The notes beneath the pieces were generated by a model that searched no databases, was not told the DNA's origin, and worked only from the letters and a program-made list of their open reading frames with translations. Below are positions 1 through 8,909 of a stretch of 64,000 nucleotides of DNA, one piece after another. Made by a program: the position numbers and the translations under genes. The stretch comes from an uncultured Leptospirales bacterium (lineage in GTDB: Bacteria; Spirochaetota; UBA4802; UBA5550). The stretch spans positions 70,806 to 134,805 of the forward strand of contig CAZGWD010000004.1 in assembly GCA_964529415.1 (NCBI GenBank). The letters run 5' to 3'. How positions within the stretch are numbered: the first letter of the stretch is position 1; every line of letters starts with the position of its first letter.

Positions 1-977
1 TTTCACTTATAGACAATATGCCAAGATCAGCGACTGTAAAAAGCCTGGAAACTACTGAGGCATTCAGGCTTGATAAAAAAAATTTTGACACTCTGCTCTC
101 GAAAAATCAGAGAACTGCAAATATTTTTTACAGAAATTGCCTGATAGAAACATTCTCCAGATACAGAAATATTGCTGCAAACCTGACATTCTCACAGCAT
201 ACTCTAAATGAAAAACTCACTGCACTGGATGAAATCAGCAAAGACCTGTCTCACGCAAAAAAAATTCAGCAGTTTTTTATCAACACTGATCATTTTGACA
301 TGATACCAGCCGAAGAGGGTTTACTGAAAATAAAACATTCGCACATTTACATGCCTTGCCAGGAAATAGGCGGAGACTTAATTGACATAATTGATCTTAA
401 CAGCAACAAATCAGGAATAATCATTGCAGATGTTATGGGGCATGGAATAACGGCAGCTCTCGCAACAGGAGTTTTAAAAAGTTCAATTTCTTTTCTTGCG
501 AAAAATTTTGGAGACCAGCCTGAAAAACTATTAACGGAACTCAATATTCAATTCGGAGATATCATTCCTGAACTTTTTGCAACATGCTATTACGCCTGCA
601 TAGATAAAAATACAAATACCATTTCCTTCAGCAAGGCAGGGCATCAGCATCCGCTTTTTTATAAAAAATCTACAGGCAAATTTATTGAATTTAATATTAA
701 AGGAGTGGGCCTTGGGCTTAAACGCAGCGCAGTTTACAACACAGTTTCGTATAAAATAGAAAAAGGCGACAAACTGCTATTTTATACTGATGGCATTGCT
801 GAACAGTATTCCATTGATTGTGAAATGTATTCAGAAGAAAGACTCGAAAAAAAATTTCTTGAACTGATACAATCCGGCGAGAAAAATATACTGGATAAAA
901 TTTACACAAACTTCAAAGATTTTTCAAACTCAATGATTATCGAAGATGACATTACTCTTCTGCTGCTTGAATTTTAA
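1..977 (+). CDS. cNMP-binding domain / SpoIIE-type PP2C serine phosphatase (5' end truncated by window edge)
   Basis: The frame is open from nt 3 (SLIDN precedes the first Met at 18). The N-terminal residues PRSATVKSLETTEAFRLDKKNF look like the end of a Crp-type cyclic-nucleotide-binding domain. The C-terminal ~230 aa carry SpoIIE/PP2C motifs: GGDLIDII, ADVMGHGITAAL, FYTDGI and DDITLL. Confidence 0.75.
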   Translation, partial: SLIDNMPRSATVKSLETTEAFRLDKKNFDTLLSKNQRTANIFYRNCLIETFSRYRNIAANLTFSQHTLNEKLTALDEISKDLSHAKKIQQFFINTDHFDMIPAEEGLLKIKHSHIYMPCQEIGGDLIDIIDLNSNKSGIIIADVMGHGITAALATGVLKSSISFLAKNFGDQPEKLLTELNIQFGDIIPELFATCYYACIDKNTNTISFSKAGHQHPLFYKKSTGKFIEFNIKGVGLGLKRSAVYNTVSYKIEKGDKLLFYTDGIAEQYSIDCEMYSEERLEKKFLELIQSGEKNILDKIYTNFKDFSNSMIIEDDITLLLLEF

Positions 978-1052
978 AATTTATTTTTATAATTGAATTG
1001 GTTTGAAGTTATGAATGATATATTTGCAGCGGGAATTAAATTTATTCAGGAA

Positions 1053-1595
1053 TCATGAATGTTTAAAATCCAACTCGATTGAAATAGAAACCTGAAGAGA
1101 TCCGAAACCATTATCCTTGAAACTGATATTCATTTTATAATGAGGGTTCTTTTTTAAAAGTATAAGCCCTATACCCTGAGAAGAAATATTATCTCTTAGT
1201 CCCTTTATTCTTTTAACAAAAACTTCTTTCAAATCACCTGAATCAAGTTCATCCTTAATTCTTCGCATTTCATCAAATCTTTCAACATTAACGTCATTTG
1301 TTACTTTTATATAAAGCCTGTCGTTATATTTATATGAATCGACAGATATAAATTTTGCGCCATATTTTGAAAACTTAACTCCGTTTTCTACTAATTCATT
1401 CAGCGCAATAAACACAAGCTCTTTGTTAATTTCAATATCAAAACTGGCTTTGTAATAATTAAAAATATTATCTGCAACAGTACCAATGAAATTCCAGTTA
1501 TTCAGAATATCATCCGGATAAAGCTTGATATTCAATACATTTCCGAAGTCATCTGAAAATTCAACAATAGAGTTATTATTTGGATTTGTGCTCAT
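1053..1595 (-). CDS. small single-domain GHKL-fold protein (RsbW/anti-sigma-kinase-like, degenerate ATP-lid)
   Basis: 180-aa ORF with an N-box-like LNELVENGVKFS and a G2-like QGIGLILL. The usual DxGxG G1 box is replaced by KVTNDV. It is a paralog of the 48727..49203 product. Confidence 0.5.
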   Translation of the reverse strand: MSTNPNNNSIVEFSDDFGNVLNIKLYPDDILNNWNFIGTVADNIFNYYKASFDIEINKELVFIALNELVENGVKFSKYGAKFISVDSYKYNDRLYIKVTNDVNVERFDEMRRIKDELDSGDLKEVFVKRIKGLRDNISSQGIGLILLKKNPHYKMNISFKDNGFGSLQVSISIELDFKHS

Positions 1596-1695
1596 TTATA
1601 AAATGTAGCTTATCAAGGTGAATTATGTCAATAATAAAATTCTATATTAGAACCTTTTTTTATGATTTAATTTGTTACTATTAAAATATGCCAAT

Positions 1696-2130
1696 TCATC
1701 TTTTTATTTCAATGCAGCCTTGAATATATTCTGTAATTTCCTCTTCCATTATTGTAAAACAGAGTATTTCATCATTATTGATTTTTTTATAAAATAAATA
1801 ATTTTTATTTCCTGTAACATTATAATTAACGCATCCTTCATTTCCCTTTAAAACCGGATCAATAAACCACAAGCCTTTAAAGCTTTTACCAACAAGAATC
1901 AGCTGGGGATGAAAAACAACTTTGCCCTCGGAATTTATTATATAATAAAAACCGGTTTTACCCATTTGTTTTTCCCCGAGCCTGAGATAATTAATTTTAT
2001 TGCCGCTGATCAAATTCATGGCGCTTTTCATATCATCATCAATAATTTTTCTCGTAATATTCATTGAAGATGAACAGGATGAAAACATTATTGCCGCAAT
2101 CAATAATATCATGATTCTTTTTATTAACAT
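1696..2130 (-). CDS. lipoprotein with Cache-like sensory fold (tentative)
   Basis: Signal peptide with lipobox (IMFSSC). The mature part (GFYYIINSEGKVVFHP...VNYNVTGNKNYLFYKKI) resembles single Cache domains. GGAG lies upstream of the ATG. Confidence 0.4.
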   Translation of the reverse strand: MLIKRIMILLIAAIMFSSCSSSMNITRKIIDDDMKSAMNLISGNKINYLRLGEKQMGKTGFYYIINSEGKVVFHPQLILVGKSFKGLWFIDPVLKGNEGCVNYNVTGNKNYLFYKKINNDEILCFTIMEEEITEYIQGCIEIKR

Positions 2131-2253
2131 ATCTCCGCCTTTTTATTAAAGGATGAATTATACAATACCAATACTTGCAAATATTAGATTTGACAATAAC
2201 CCTCTCAGAAAAAATATTAAATCAATCATAATAATTTGCAACAAGGAAAAAAA

Positions 2254-3174
2254 ATGCATGTAAATATTTTCTATTGGATCGGATTTTTGACTTTTATTTT
2301 ATTCATGCTTATCCTTGATCTCGGGGTTTTCCATAAAAAAGACCGCGAAATAAAATTCAAAGAAGCTGTACTATGGACTATATTCTGGATAACACTTTCT
2401 CTGATATTTAATGTACTTATATATTTTACATCCGGCGAAAAACCTGCAATTGAATTTTTAACAGGTTATTTTATTGAAAAATCATTGAGCATTGACAACA
2501 TTTTTGTTTTCGTCATGATATTTTCTTATTTCAAGGTTCCATTGAAATATCATCATAAAGTTCTTTTCTGGGGAATACTCGGAGCTCTTATTATGAGAGC
2601 AATTTTTATATTTTCAGGTGTTGCCCTTATTTCAAAATTTCACTGGATAATATATCTTTTCGGCGCGTTCCTTATATTTACCGGAATAAAAATGTTCTTT
2701 GAAAAGGACAAGGACATTCATCCTGAAAAAAATCCTGTACTTAATCTTTTTAAAAAAATCTTTCCTGTGCACACTGCATACGAAGACGGGCACTTCTTCA
2801 TTAAAAAGAACAGCCGTTATTACGCAACTCCTCTTTTTTTAGTAATTATATTCGTAGAAACTTCAGATATTATTTTTGCTGTTGATTCAATTCCGGCAGT
2901 TCTTTCAATCACCCGGGACCCGTTTATTGTATTCACTTCAAATGTATTTGCAATACTCGGACTGAGATCATTATATTTTGCTGTTTCAGGAGTTATGCAG
3001 TACTTCAGATTTTTAAGCACAGGACTATCTGCTATTCTGATTTTCGTTGGAGCGAAAATGCTGTTAGACAGTTTTTACAAGATACCGACCGGTTATTCAT
3101 TTTTAATCATAACATTTATTGTTACTGCAGCCATAATTGCATCTGTATTTATTCCAGTGAAGAAGAAATCATAA
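2254..3174 (+). CDS. TerC/Alx family integral membrane protein
   Basis: Multi-pass membrane protein with the TerC signature FIEKSLSIDNIFVFVMIF and a second ETSDIIFAVDSIPAV repeat. I use the ATG at 2254 rather than the TTG at 2236 given in the track. Confidence 0.85.
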   Translation: MHVNIFYWIGFLTFILFMLILDLGVFHKKDREIKFKEAVLWTIFWITLSLIFNVLIYFTSGEKPAIEFLTGYFIEKSLSIDNIFVFVMIFSYFKVPLKYHHKVLFWGILGALIMRAIFIFSGVALISKFHWIIYLFGAFLIFTGIKMFFEKDKDIHPEKNPVLNLFKKIFPVHTAYEDGHFFIKKNSRYYATPLFLVIIFVETSDIIFAVDSIPAVLSITRDPFIVFTSNVFAILGLRSLYFAVSGVMQYFRFLSTGLSAILIFVGAKMLLDSFYKIPTGYSFLIITFIVTAAIIASVFIPVKKKS

Positions 3175-3175
3175 C

Positions 3176-3946
3176 ATGAAGGAAATTCTGATATATGCCG
3201 GAATCTTTTTCTTCGGAGCAGCATGGGGAAGTTTCTTTCATGCTCTTTCAGTCAGATATATAGAAAAAGGATTCAGCGGAAGAATCATTGAAACTTTAAC
3301 AGCAAGATCAAGATGCACATATTGCGGTGCTGCAATAAAGCCGTGGCATCTGATTCCGGTTTTAAGCTATATAATTTTAAGAGGCAGGTGTCCCGGCTGC
3401 AAAACAAAAATTTCAGTTTCATATCCGGCAGCTGAAATTCTTTACGGCCTTGTTTTATTGAGCTGCATTATTAAATTCGGATTGAACTTTTATTCTTTTA
3501 ATTTATTTTTATTGATTTCTGTTTCAATTCTAATTGCCTTTGTCGATATAAAAACAATGACCATTCCTGATATTTTTATTATTCTTTTTTTTATTCTTTC
3601 AGCTTATCCTGTTATAATAAATTCCAACCCGAAAGATAATCTTTTCGGACTTGGCATTATGACAGCAGCATTTTTAATAATACTTCTAATTTTTCCGGGC
3701 TCGTTCGGCGGGGGTGATTTAAAATACGCAGCTGCAATAGGTTTTTTTCTCGGCATTGATCTTTCGATAATTGCTCTTGAAACATCACTAATAAGCGGAG
3801 CTGTTTTCGGACTGATTTATTCTGCAGTAAAAAAAACAGGGCTCAGAATAAAAATTCCTTTTGCGCCTTTTCTTACTATAGGTATTATAACTGCTGTTTA
3901 TCTCGGAAAAGAACTTATGTTTCTATACTTCAGCTTTATAAATTAA
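3176..3946 (+). CDS. prepilin (type IV leader) peptidase, A24 family
   Basis: N-terminal Cys pairs CTYCG...CPGCK. Catalytic Asp contexts are TMTIPD and FGGGDLKYAAAIG. Eight hydrophobic segments. The start is 1 nt after the TerC stop. Confidence 0.85.
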   Translation: MKEILIYAGIFFFGAAWGSFFHALSVRYIEKGFSGRIIETLTARSRCTYCGAAIKPWHLIPVLSYIILRGRCPGCKTKISVSYPAAEILYGLVLLSCIIKFGLNFYSFNLFLLISVSILIAFVDIKTMTIPDIFIILFFILSAYPVIINSNPKDNLFGLGIMTAAFLIILLIFPGSFGGGDLKYAAAIGFFLGIDLSIIALETSLISGAVFGLIYSAVKKTGLRIKIPFAPFLTIGIITAVYLGKELMFLYFSFIN

Positions 3947-4295
3947 TTTGTCCGAGTAAAATAAGAACCAAAACAATCAAGGCAGGTAAAGCCTGAATAA
4001 AAAAAATTCTTTTACTGACTGTTAACGCGCCGAAAATTCCTGCAATGACAACACAACTCAAAAAGAAAATCTTGACTGCATCTCCGGCAAAGATCCCCCA
4101 TATTAAACCTGCAGCGAGAAATCCATTGTATAGACCCTGATTTGCTGCAAGTGATCTCGTCTGCTCTGCAAAATCAGCTGTGGTATGAAATATCTTGCGG
4201 CCTGCAGGTTTATTCCATAATATCATTTCAATAACAAGAAAGCCAATATGCAAAAAAGCTGTAAATCCTGTAATAATATTTACAATTGCATTCAT
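3936..4295 (-). CDS. DUF1304 family membrane protein
   Basis: About 120 aa with 4 TM segments, including FLHIGFLVIEMILW and ANQGLYNGFLAAGLIWG. GGAGG lies 5 nt upstream of the internal ATG at 4295, so the longer 4337 start is rejected. Confidence 0.7.
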   Translation of the reverse strand: MNAIVNIITGFTAFLHIGFLVIEMILWNKPAGRKIFHTTADFAEQTRSLAANQGLYNGFLAAGLIWGIFAGDAVKIFFLSCVVIAGIFGALTVSKRIFFIQALPALIVLVLILLGQINL

Positions 4296-4368
4296 TTTTA
4301 CCTCCTGAAAATTTCCGTTATATTCTAATTCAAGCATTCAAATAATAAATAATTGCAGAAAATAAAGA

Positions 4369-5952
4369 TTACGGCCTGTAAAAGGAATCTATTTCATGAA
4401 GCCGCCGCTCTATCCTGGACTGAATCTGTTTTCCTGAAATCTGTCTCCGGCCGTCAATAGCTTCGTATGCATCCTCGATCTCATCAATAATTAGCTGAAT
4501 GCCAATTCCAATGTGGTCTTTCACAAGAAGTCCTGTGCACTCATCCGTTCCGGAACAGCACAGCTCTTCAATAATAATCTTACCGATTTCCGATATGGCA
4601 AGAACAACCTCTGTCTCATCAAAATTTTCTCCGATCCTGAGGCGTGCAATGTCCTGCGCGTATGTAACGAGCATTGATCTGTCATTGTTGCGCACAGATG
4701 CCATTAACATCTGATATATCATTCTGATGCTCCATTTCAGCTCCGACTCTTTCATCAGCCTGTATGTATGAAACTCACCGGCACGCGCATCTGACTGCAG
4801 CTCTGAAACAATTCTGCAAATTACCTTCTCCATTGCATCAGACAGCATATTGTAGATTGAAATATTCTGCCTCTGATCGATTTTGATCATTGCAGTCCTG
4901 TTTTTATAATTCCATTCAACAGGTGTTGTTTTCATTTTTTCAATTAGAAAGACTATGCGCCTCAGCGGATTATATCGGGGTGTTGGAGCCCAGCCGAGCA
5001 TCTCTCTCGTACGGGAAGAATCTACATCAAGTTTAAGATCTATATATTTCACCATCCATGGCTTTTCGAAAGGAACCCTTGACAACATGCGGCCCAGCTG
5101 GTATCTCATCCAGACTCCCGGTAATGCCAAAACTTTCGGCATGGGAATGGGCTTGATCCGCCTTCCGAAATAGCAGCGCGTTGCCATTTCAAAAAGTTCA
5201 CGATGTGTTGTGGAACCGTCAGGGCTTGCCAGAAAAATACTCTGCCGGGATATGCGGGCGCTCTTCTCCATTATTGCAAACAGCATCAGATTCAGATCAT
5301 GAACATGTATGAATGGCACAGCAGAGTCGCCCCTGCCGCCAAGCACGCGTGAATTCCACGAGTCGGACAACCAGGTTCTTAGAAACATATAAAGAGGGGG
5401 ATACTCACACCAGTCTGTATATACCGCAGCCAGTCTTACAATGGAGCATGGAAATTGTTTCGAGTATCCCAATACAATTTTTTCACCTTCGCGCTTGCTG
5501 CGCGCATAATCATAATCAGCATCCAGAGGGGAATCCTCGTTAAGAGATGTTCCAGCCTTCGGAAAATTTGACGCTGCAAGTGAACTTGCGAATATAAATC
5601 TTTTCGGCTTCAGGTTTATGCATGCATTAAGAACATTTTCAGTTCCTTCAACATTTGTTTTATCATATGCGGCATTATATGAATACTCGAAATTGTAATA
5701 GGCTGCGAGATGAATCACGAAGTCAATTTTAGAAGAAGAAGCTATTTTTTGAAATGCATTTCCTATGCTCTTGCGGTGGGTTGTGTCGCTCTGTATCCAG
5801 CGGATGTTCGGGTGATTTTCAACTCCAGCTTCCCGCATCGAACGCCGCGCAATTGCAAAAATAATATGGTCATTTTTCGCTGCTTCAATAAAATTGCGGC
5901 CCACAAGACCTGAAGCTCCGGTGACTATTATAGCAGGAAGTTTACGTTTCAA
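4369..5952 (-). CDS. NAD-dependent epimerase/dehydratase (extended SDR) with ~180-aa C-terminal helical domain
   Basis: Rossmann motif VTGASGLVGRNF and catalytic YARSK (YxxxK). The last ~180 aa are unrelated to SDRs. Apparent TTG start with AAGGA upstream. Confidence 0.7.
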   Translation of the reverse strand: MKRKLPAIIVTGASGLVGRNFIEAAKNDHIIFAIARRSMREAGVENHPNIRWIQSDTTHRKSIGNAFQKIASSSKIDFVIHLAAYYNFEYSYNAAYDKTNVEGTENVLNACINLKPKRFIFASSLAASNFPKAGTSLNEDSPLDADYDYARSKREGEKIVLGYSKQFPCSIVRLAAVYTDWCEYPPLYMFLRTWLSDSWNSRVLGGRGDSAVPFIHVHDLNLMLFAIMEKSARISRQSIFLASPDGSTTHRELFEMATRCYFGRRIKPIPMPKVLALPGVWMRYQLGRMLSRVPFEKPWMVKYIDLKLDVDSSRTREMLGWAPTPRYNPLRRIVFLIEKMKTTPVEWNYKNRTAMIKIDQRQNISIYNMLSDAMEKVICRIVSELQSDARAGEFHTYRLMKESELKWSIRMIYQMLMASVRNNDRSMLVTYAQDIARLRIGENFDETEVVLAISEIGKIIIEELCCSGTDECTGLLVKDHIGIGIQLIIDEIEDAYEAIDGRRQISGKQIQSRIERRLHEIDSFYRP

Positions 5953-6078
5953 TTTTTTTTTCCTTATGAATTTTATTTAAAACAACAATCTTTTAATAAG
6001 AAAGTCAAGGATTTTTATAAAATACAAAATAATGTATCTCCTTATATAATATTTATCACACTATGCGATTGCAGAATT

Positions 6079-7755
6079 TTAAAATTTCTTCCCGGTCAAT
6101 TCCTCCAGAAGTATTGCAGCAGTTGAAATCCCGTTTGCAATTCCCGGGGTATTTTTCGTAGCAGAAACATTGTATAAGTTTTTTGGACATCCGTCTTCTT
6201 CAATCTGGCCTTTCAGAATTTCCTTAACATTAAGTCTTCTCCCGTATGCATTCCCCTTTTCTCCATTCGTCTCTGTCTCTATATCAATTGAGCTAACAAC
6301 TTCTGCAAACATAAGCTTTGATTTCAATCCCCGGAACATATTCCGGTCAAGTATTTCTATTATATCAGCAGCAAGCTTATCCTTGAAATGTTTTATTTCA
6401 TCTTCGCCTTTTTTATATATTTCTTTTTCCTGATTAAAGTTTCCCGGGCAAAATACAACAAGCGCATCCCTTGTATCATGCTCTGATGATCCATACCTGT
6501 TAGCAGTTGGCGAGCATACAAACAGCATCTGCGGCGGCGCTGTTATATCCGGATTATCGTAATTTACTTCGTTTCCGTTCTGCCACCAGTAATTTCTTCC
6601 TTTCATAACTGCAATAGAATCAAGACCTCCCTCCAGACCGAGACAGATAGCAGGGATACTGCGGGAAGGCGAATAATTGAATTCAGCGGATACTCCATCC
6701 AGAAGTGAATTAGTCAGTCTCGGTGAAATATCGCTGAAAACAAAATCGCAAGGATACACGGTTCCATCATAGCAGACTGCTTTTGTAATAATATTATTCT
6801 CAGTCTCAAGCCGGATAACCTTCTTGCCATTTTCAACTGTACCGCTGTTTTTTCTGATACATGAAGCAAGCGATTCAAAAAAATGATGAAATCCCTTTAT
6901 GGGATAGCGTGCACCTTTATGATAGTTTCCGGTTCCAATGATATAGGCAAGCGCCGACATTTCAGATTCCGATTCTGCAAAAATTCCGCCATGGGCATAA
7001 AGAATACGGCGCGGCAGGCTGCTTATTTTATAATGATCAAACCATTCCTTAAGGGAGAAAAAAATTGTCTGCCCCAGTTTTACTTTTAAATAAAAATTTG
7101 CTTCGCCTGATAGCAGAAATTTTGTCATTAAAAAAATTCTTCCTTCTGTATCGGTATTATCTTTGAAAAAAGTTTTAAATGCAGAAAAAATTCCGATCAT
7201 ATCATTAAAAAGATTATTTAAATTTTCTCTTTCTTCAGGAAAAAGCGCAATAAGTTCATCCCTGAATTTTTCCAGACCCAGAGGCACCCGGAAGTTAAGA
7301 AAATATGAGTTGGATTCATCATCCCTGTTCCCGATGAAAACCCGTTCAAATCCGTCGCGTTCCATTAATTGAAAAGGATTATCAGATTTTATTCCCAGAA
7401 AATCAAGGAAACGGTCCCCCTGCTCTCCTTCATTGAATGCCCACACATACTGAGGCCCCATAGAATACTTCAAGCCCTGAATTGACAGCCATCTGCCGTG
7501 ACCTCCAATGCAGGACTCATTCATTTCAAGAACATTTACCCTGTGACCGATTTTAGCAAACAGCGCTCCTGAAGCAAGACCCCCGATTCCGCTGCCGATG
7601 ATAACAATATTTTTTTTCTCGCCTGTCCAGATAGTTGAATCCCTGGAGCTGAATAATCTGGAATTCAGCTTTTCCTTTAATTTCAAGGATTTTATTCTGG
7701 ATAGCGAGATGATATTATCTTTTTTTTTATCAGAGCTGAGTGTTTTCTCTGCCAT
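6079..7755 (-). CDS. FAD-dependent oxidoreductase, phytoene desaturase (CrtI/CrtD)-like
   Basis: Dinucleotide-binding motif VIIGSGIGGLASGALFAKIGHRVNVLE after a ~45-aa Lys/Ser-rich N-terminal extension. Length and C-terminal TPGIANG motif are typical of the amine-oxidase/CrtI family. Confidence 0.7.
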   Translation of the reverse strand: MAEKTLSSDKKKDNIISLSRIKSLKLKEKLNSRLFSSRDSTIWTGEKKNIVIIGSGIGGLASGALFAKIGHRVNVLEMNESCIGGHGRWLSIQGLKYSMGPQYVWAFNEGEQGDRFLDFLGIKSDNPFQLMERDGFERVFIGNRDDESNSYFLNFRVPLGLEKFRDELIALFPEERENLNNLFNDMIGIFSAFKTFFKDNTDTEGRIFLMTKFLLSGEANFYLKVKLGQTIFFSLKEWFDHYKISSLPRRILYAHGGIFAESESEMSALAYIIGTGNYHKGARYPIKGFHHFFESLASCIRKNSGTVENGKKVIRLETENNIITKAVCYDGTVYPCDFVFSDISPRLTNSLLDGVSAEFNYSPSRSIPAICLGLEGGLDSIAVMKGRNYWWQNGNEVNYDNPDITAPPQMLFVCSPTANRYGSSEHDTRDALVVFCPGNFNQEKEIYKKGEDEIKHFKDKLAADIIEILDRNMFRGLKSKLMFAEVVSSIDIETETNGEKGNAYGRRLNVKEILKGQIEEDGCPKNLYNVSATKNTPGIANGISTAAILLEELTGKKF

Positions 7756-7951
7756 AGTCTTTACTTTTTCACCCTCTTAATATAATAATTTTAAAAGAGA
7801 TTTTTAATTCATTCTAACAAATCATTATTTTTTATGATATAAAAAAATTAATATTTTCATTTTAAATACAGAAAAAATATACATAACAAAGTTATAAAAA
7901 AATCTCCGGCATACCAAATATCAGTTTTCAGTATAATTTAAATAAAATCAA

Positions 7952-7980
7952 TTGACAAAACAATTTTTCTTCAATATATA
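7952..7980 (+). promoter_or_regulatory. sigma70-type promoter for the HAD-IIA/LEA_2 unit
   Basis: TTGACA (7952-7957), 17-bp spacer, TATATA (7975-7980), about 70 nt upstream of ATG 8052. Confidence 0.55.
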
Positions 7981-8051
7981 ATAATTTTACAGCAGATGAA
8001 ATTGAATTAAGATGTTAATTAAAAATATCATATTTTATAGAGGGCTGAACC

Positions 8052-8909
8052 ATGCTGAAAAATAATACAGAAGTATCTTATAAAAAAGCTTTCCTGATCG
8101 ATATGGATGGAGTTATCAACCGCGGACGCATCCTCATTCCGGGAGCAAAAGAGTTCGTAAAAAAACTTGTTAAAAACCGCTACCCGTTTCTTTTTCTTAC
8201 AAATAATTCTTATTATACCCAGCTCGAACTCAAGGTAAGACTTGCCAATATGGGAATTGAAGTTGAAGAAAAATATTTCTATACATCCGCAATGGCAACA
8301 GCGACATTTCTTGAATACCAGAAACCAAAATGTTCCGCTTACGTTATAGGCGGAGCAGGACTCACCACAGAACTTAAAAACCACAACATAACCATAACAA
8401 AAGAAAAACCAGACTACGTAATAGTAGGCGAAACCGATGATTACGATTATTATAAAATCATGGAAGCAACATATCTGATCAATGAAGGTGCCAGGTTCAT
8501 AGCGACCAATCCCGACCTGACAGGCCCGACAGCGAGAGGCGATGTCCCTGCTTGCGGAGCGCTTGTGTCGCCTATTGAAAAAGTCACAGGCGTCAAGCCG
8601 TATTTTATCGGCAAGCCGAATCCTGCAATGATGTACTGGGCAAGGAAACATATCAATGTTCACTCTGCCAACTGCTTTATGATCGGGGACAGAATGGATA
8701 CAGATATTGTCGGAGGCCTCGAAGCCGGAATGACCTGCGCGTTGGTTCTAACTGGAGTGACCACGCTCGAGATGCTCAAAAAATTTCCGTATCAGCCGGA
8801 TTATATTTTTAAAAATGTCGGTGTTATTGATCCGAAAAGAATTCTCTCAAGAAGGGAAAGGACCAATAGAAAAAGTAAAAATTCATCCAATGGAGATCAG
8901 GCTAAATGA
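8052..8909 (+). CDS. HAD-IIA family hydrolase (NagD-like phosphatase)
   Basis: HAD motif I FLIDMDGVI, LTNNS, GKPNP and GDRMDTDI. GAGGG RBS. Confidence 0.8.
   Translation: MLKNNTEVSYKKAFLIDMDGVINRGRILIPGAKEFVKKLVKNRYPFLFLTNNSYYTQLELKVRLANMGIEVEEKYFYTSAMATATFLEYQKPKCSAYVIGGAGLTTELKNHNITITKEKPDYVIVGETDDYDYYKIMEATYLINEGARFIATNPDLTGPTARGDVPACGALVSPIEKVTGVKPYFIGKPNPAMMYWARKHINVHSANCFMIGDRMDTDIVGGLEAGMTCALVLTGVTTLEMLKKFPYQPDYIFKNVGVIDPKRILSRRERTNRKSKNSSNGDQAK

Noticed and set aside
2131-2253. Expected a yybP-ykoY (Mn) riboswitch upstream of the TerC-family gene.
   Set aside because: No GGGGAGUAG-type core or four-way junction signature is visible. There is only an AT-rich leader with a TTGACA box. 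An Rfam scan would be needed for certainty.
7600-7740. A8 and A9 homopolymer tracts in the 5' part of the CrtI-like gene, considered as possible slipped-strand phase-variation sites.
   Set aside because: They encode Lys runs (KKK) in an AT-rich genome where such tracts are common. There is no evidence of frameshifted alternatives in the six-frame track.
8028-8663. 211-aa ORF antisense to the HAD-IIA gene. Similar long antisense ORFs occur at 22769..23335, 15946..16305, 16230..16565, 60242..60652 and 60980..61360.
   Set aside because: Each lies entirely inside a well-supported gene on the other strand. Their translations are low-complexity or Cys/Arg-rich with no recognisable motif, and they lack an RBS. 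They are shadow ORFs.
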